Shown piece by piece: positions 62,903 to 64,000 of a DNA stretch of 64,000 nucleotides. The number at the start of each line of letters is the position of its first letter. Positions within the stretch are counted from its first letter, which is position 1. The notes beneath the pieces were generated by a model, which was given only the letters and a program-made list of their open reading frames with translations, searched no databases and was not told the DNA's origin. Made by a program: the position numbers and the translations under genes. Source of the DNA: Narcine bancroftii. Its lineage: Eukaryota. The stretch is from assembly GCF_036971445.1 (NCBI RefSeq), contig NC_091473.1, positions 205,902,001 to 205,966,000 of the forward strand, given 5' to 3'.

Positions 62903-64000
62903 GGGGGCATGGCAAGATGGCGTAGAGTCGAGACTTGTAATCTCGACCTCTCTGGCCGAACTTTTATGTACCCGTTTTTTAACTCTTTGTTTTCAAGTTT
63001 AAACTTTTTAAAATTTTAGCTAAAAGTATTCAGGAACTATTATGGCCATTAATGGTAAAAATAATTATACTTCAAGTGCAGAAGAAGTTACATTTTCGAA
63101 GTGGTGAAGATTTGGGGCCTTAACGACATGTTACAGCTTCAGGATTAATTTCCGTAGTGTCTAAATCACAAAGACTGCCTGTGGGAGCTGACAAAAATGT
63201 CTACTACTCACCATGTGAGGGATGGCTCTGGAATTACCCGTTCCCTGGAAGAAGGTGCATGTTCCCAAGAAGTGGATCCCGATTCTGGAAGCCTTTAGAT
63301 TTTAACGGAGGTAGCACACAGGAAGACGACTCAATTGTTTGAAATGCATCAGGAAGCATTTCAACCTGAAGATATCGCTTTCCTCCGTACTTTTGCGCAA
63401 AAACAACGAGCTGCGGGGGGAGACCAGCGGCGTCCCCCTGAGGAAGTCGGGGTGCCGTCGCTGGGAGTCCAGAACCGCAGTAAAACCTCTAAATTGGCTT
63501 TTGTCGTGTTGCAGCAGGAGCTGCAGTTACCTGGTTCTGCCACTACGTCAGAGAAAGCAGGGCGGAGCTTTTCTGACTTACAATGTATGCAGTTGAATGC
63601 TGTCATTCAACCTTTAATCAATGAGATGTCTCAAATGACTGCTAGTATAAGTTCAGAATTGAATACAGTTAAAGCACATATTATGAAGAATTTAAAACAT
63701 TTCAGACTGCTTTTTTGGACTGTAAACAGCAAGTGGTTTCTAACACAGAAAAAATGTTAAAGTTTGAAAAATCAGTTACAAATTGGGAGAATGCGAGAAG
63801 GAGTTAGAGAGGAAAATAGACTACGTGGAGAATGAGCAGAAGGAATAATGTGAAATTCGTTGGTTTGCCAGAGGTATGGAAGGACAAGATCCTCTTCGTT
63901 TTTTTAAAGATTGTATCCCACTAGTACTAGGGCAAGAATTTTTATCTGGAGGCTTGGTACTGGAAAGAGGTCAAAGAGCTTTAAGAAGAACAACTTTACC
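62903..64000 (+). mobile_element. 5' end of another L1 (5' UTR and broken ORF1); runs off the window
   Basis: Starts gggggcatggcaagatggcg (YY1-type motif typical of L1 5' ends). ORF1-like KIDYVENE..RNNVKFVGLPE near 63815-63875. Confidence 0.82.

Overview
Vertebrate antigen-receptor locus. This is a variable-gene array of a T-cell receptor alpha/delta-type locus, most likely from a cartilaginous fish (inferred from the V sequences and the CR1/L1/RTE/Rex-Babar/V-SINE repeat landscape). I count about 14 V segments, all on the + strand, and no D, J or C segments. Three look intact, each with leader exon, phase-1 intron, V exon with Cys23/Trp41/Cys104 and a 23-RSS: 7574-8050, 28533-29406 and 54240-54715. 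The other ~11 are pseudogenes. The array was built from an old, repeatedly amplified cassette (CR1 remnant, 'family B' V, conserved spacer, microsatellite, promoter motif, 'family A' V) plus a younger segmental duplication (1-13670 vs 39390-51620). Several V genes are split by transposons with recoverable target-site duplications (TSDs): a full-length L1, a Gypsy element with a nested CR1, and a 5'-inverted RTE. The most interesting signal is a CTCF-like motif sitting 22-25 bp downstream of the RSS nonamer, in the same orientation, across several V genes. All alignments were made by eye, so boundaries of degenerate elements are approximate. Several N gaps could hide sequence.
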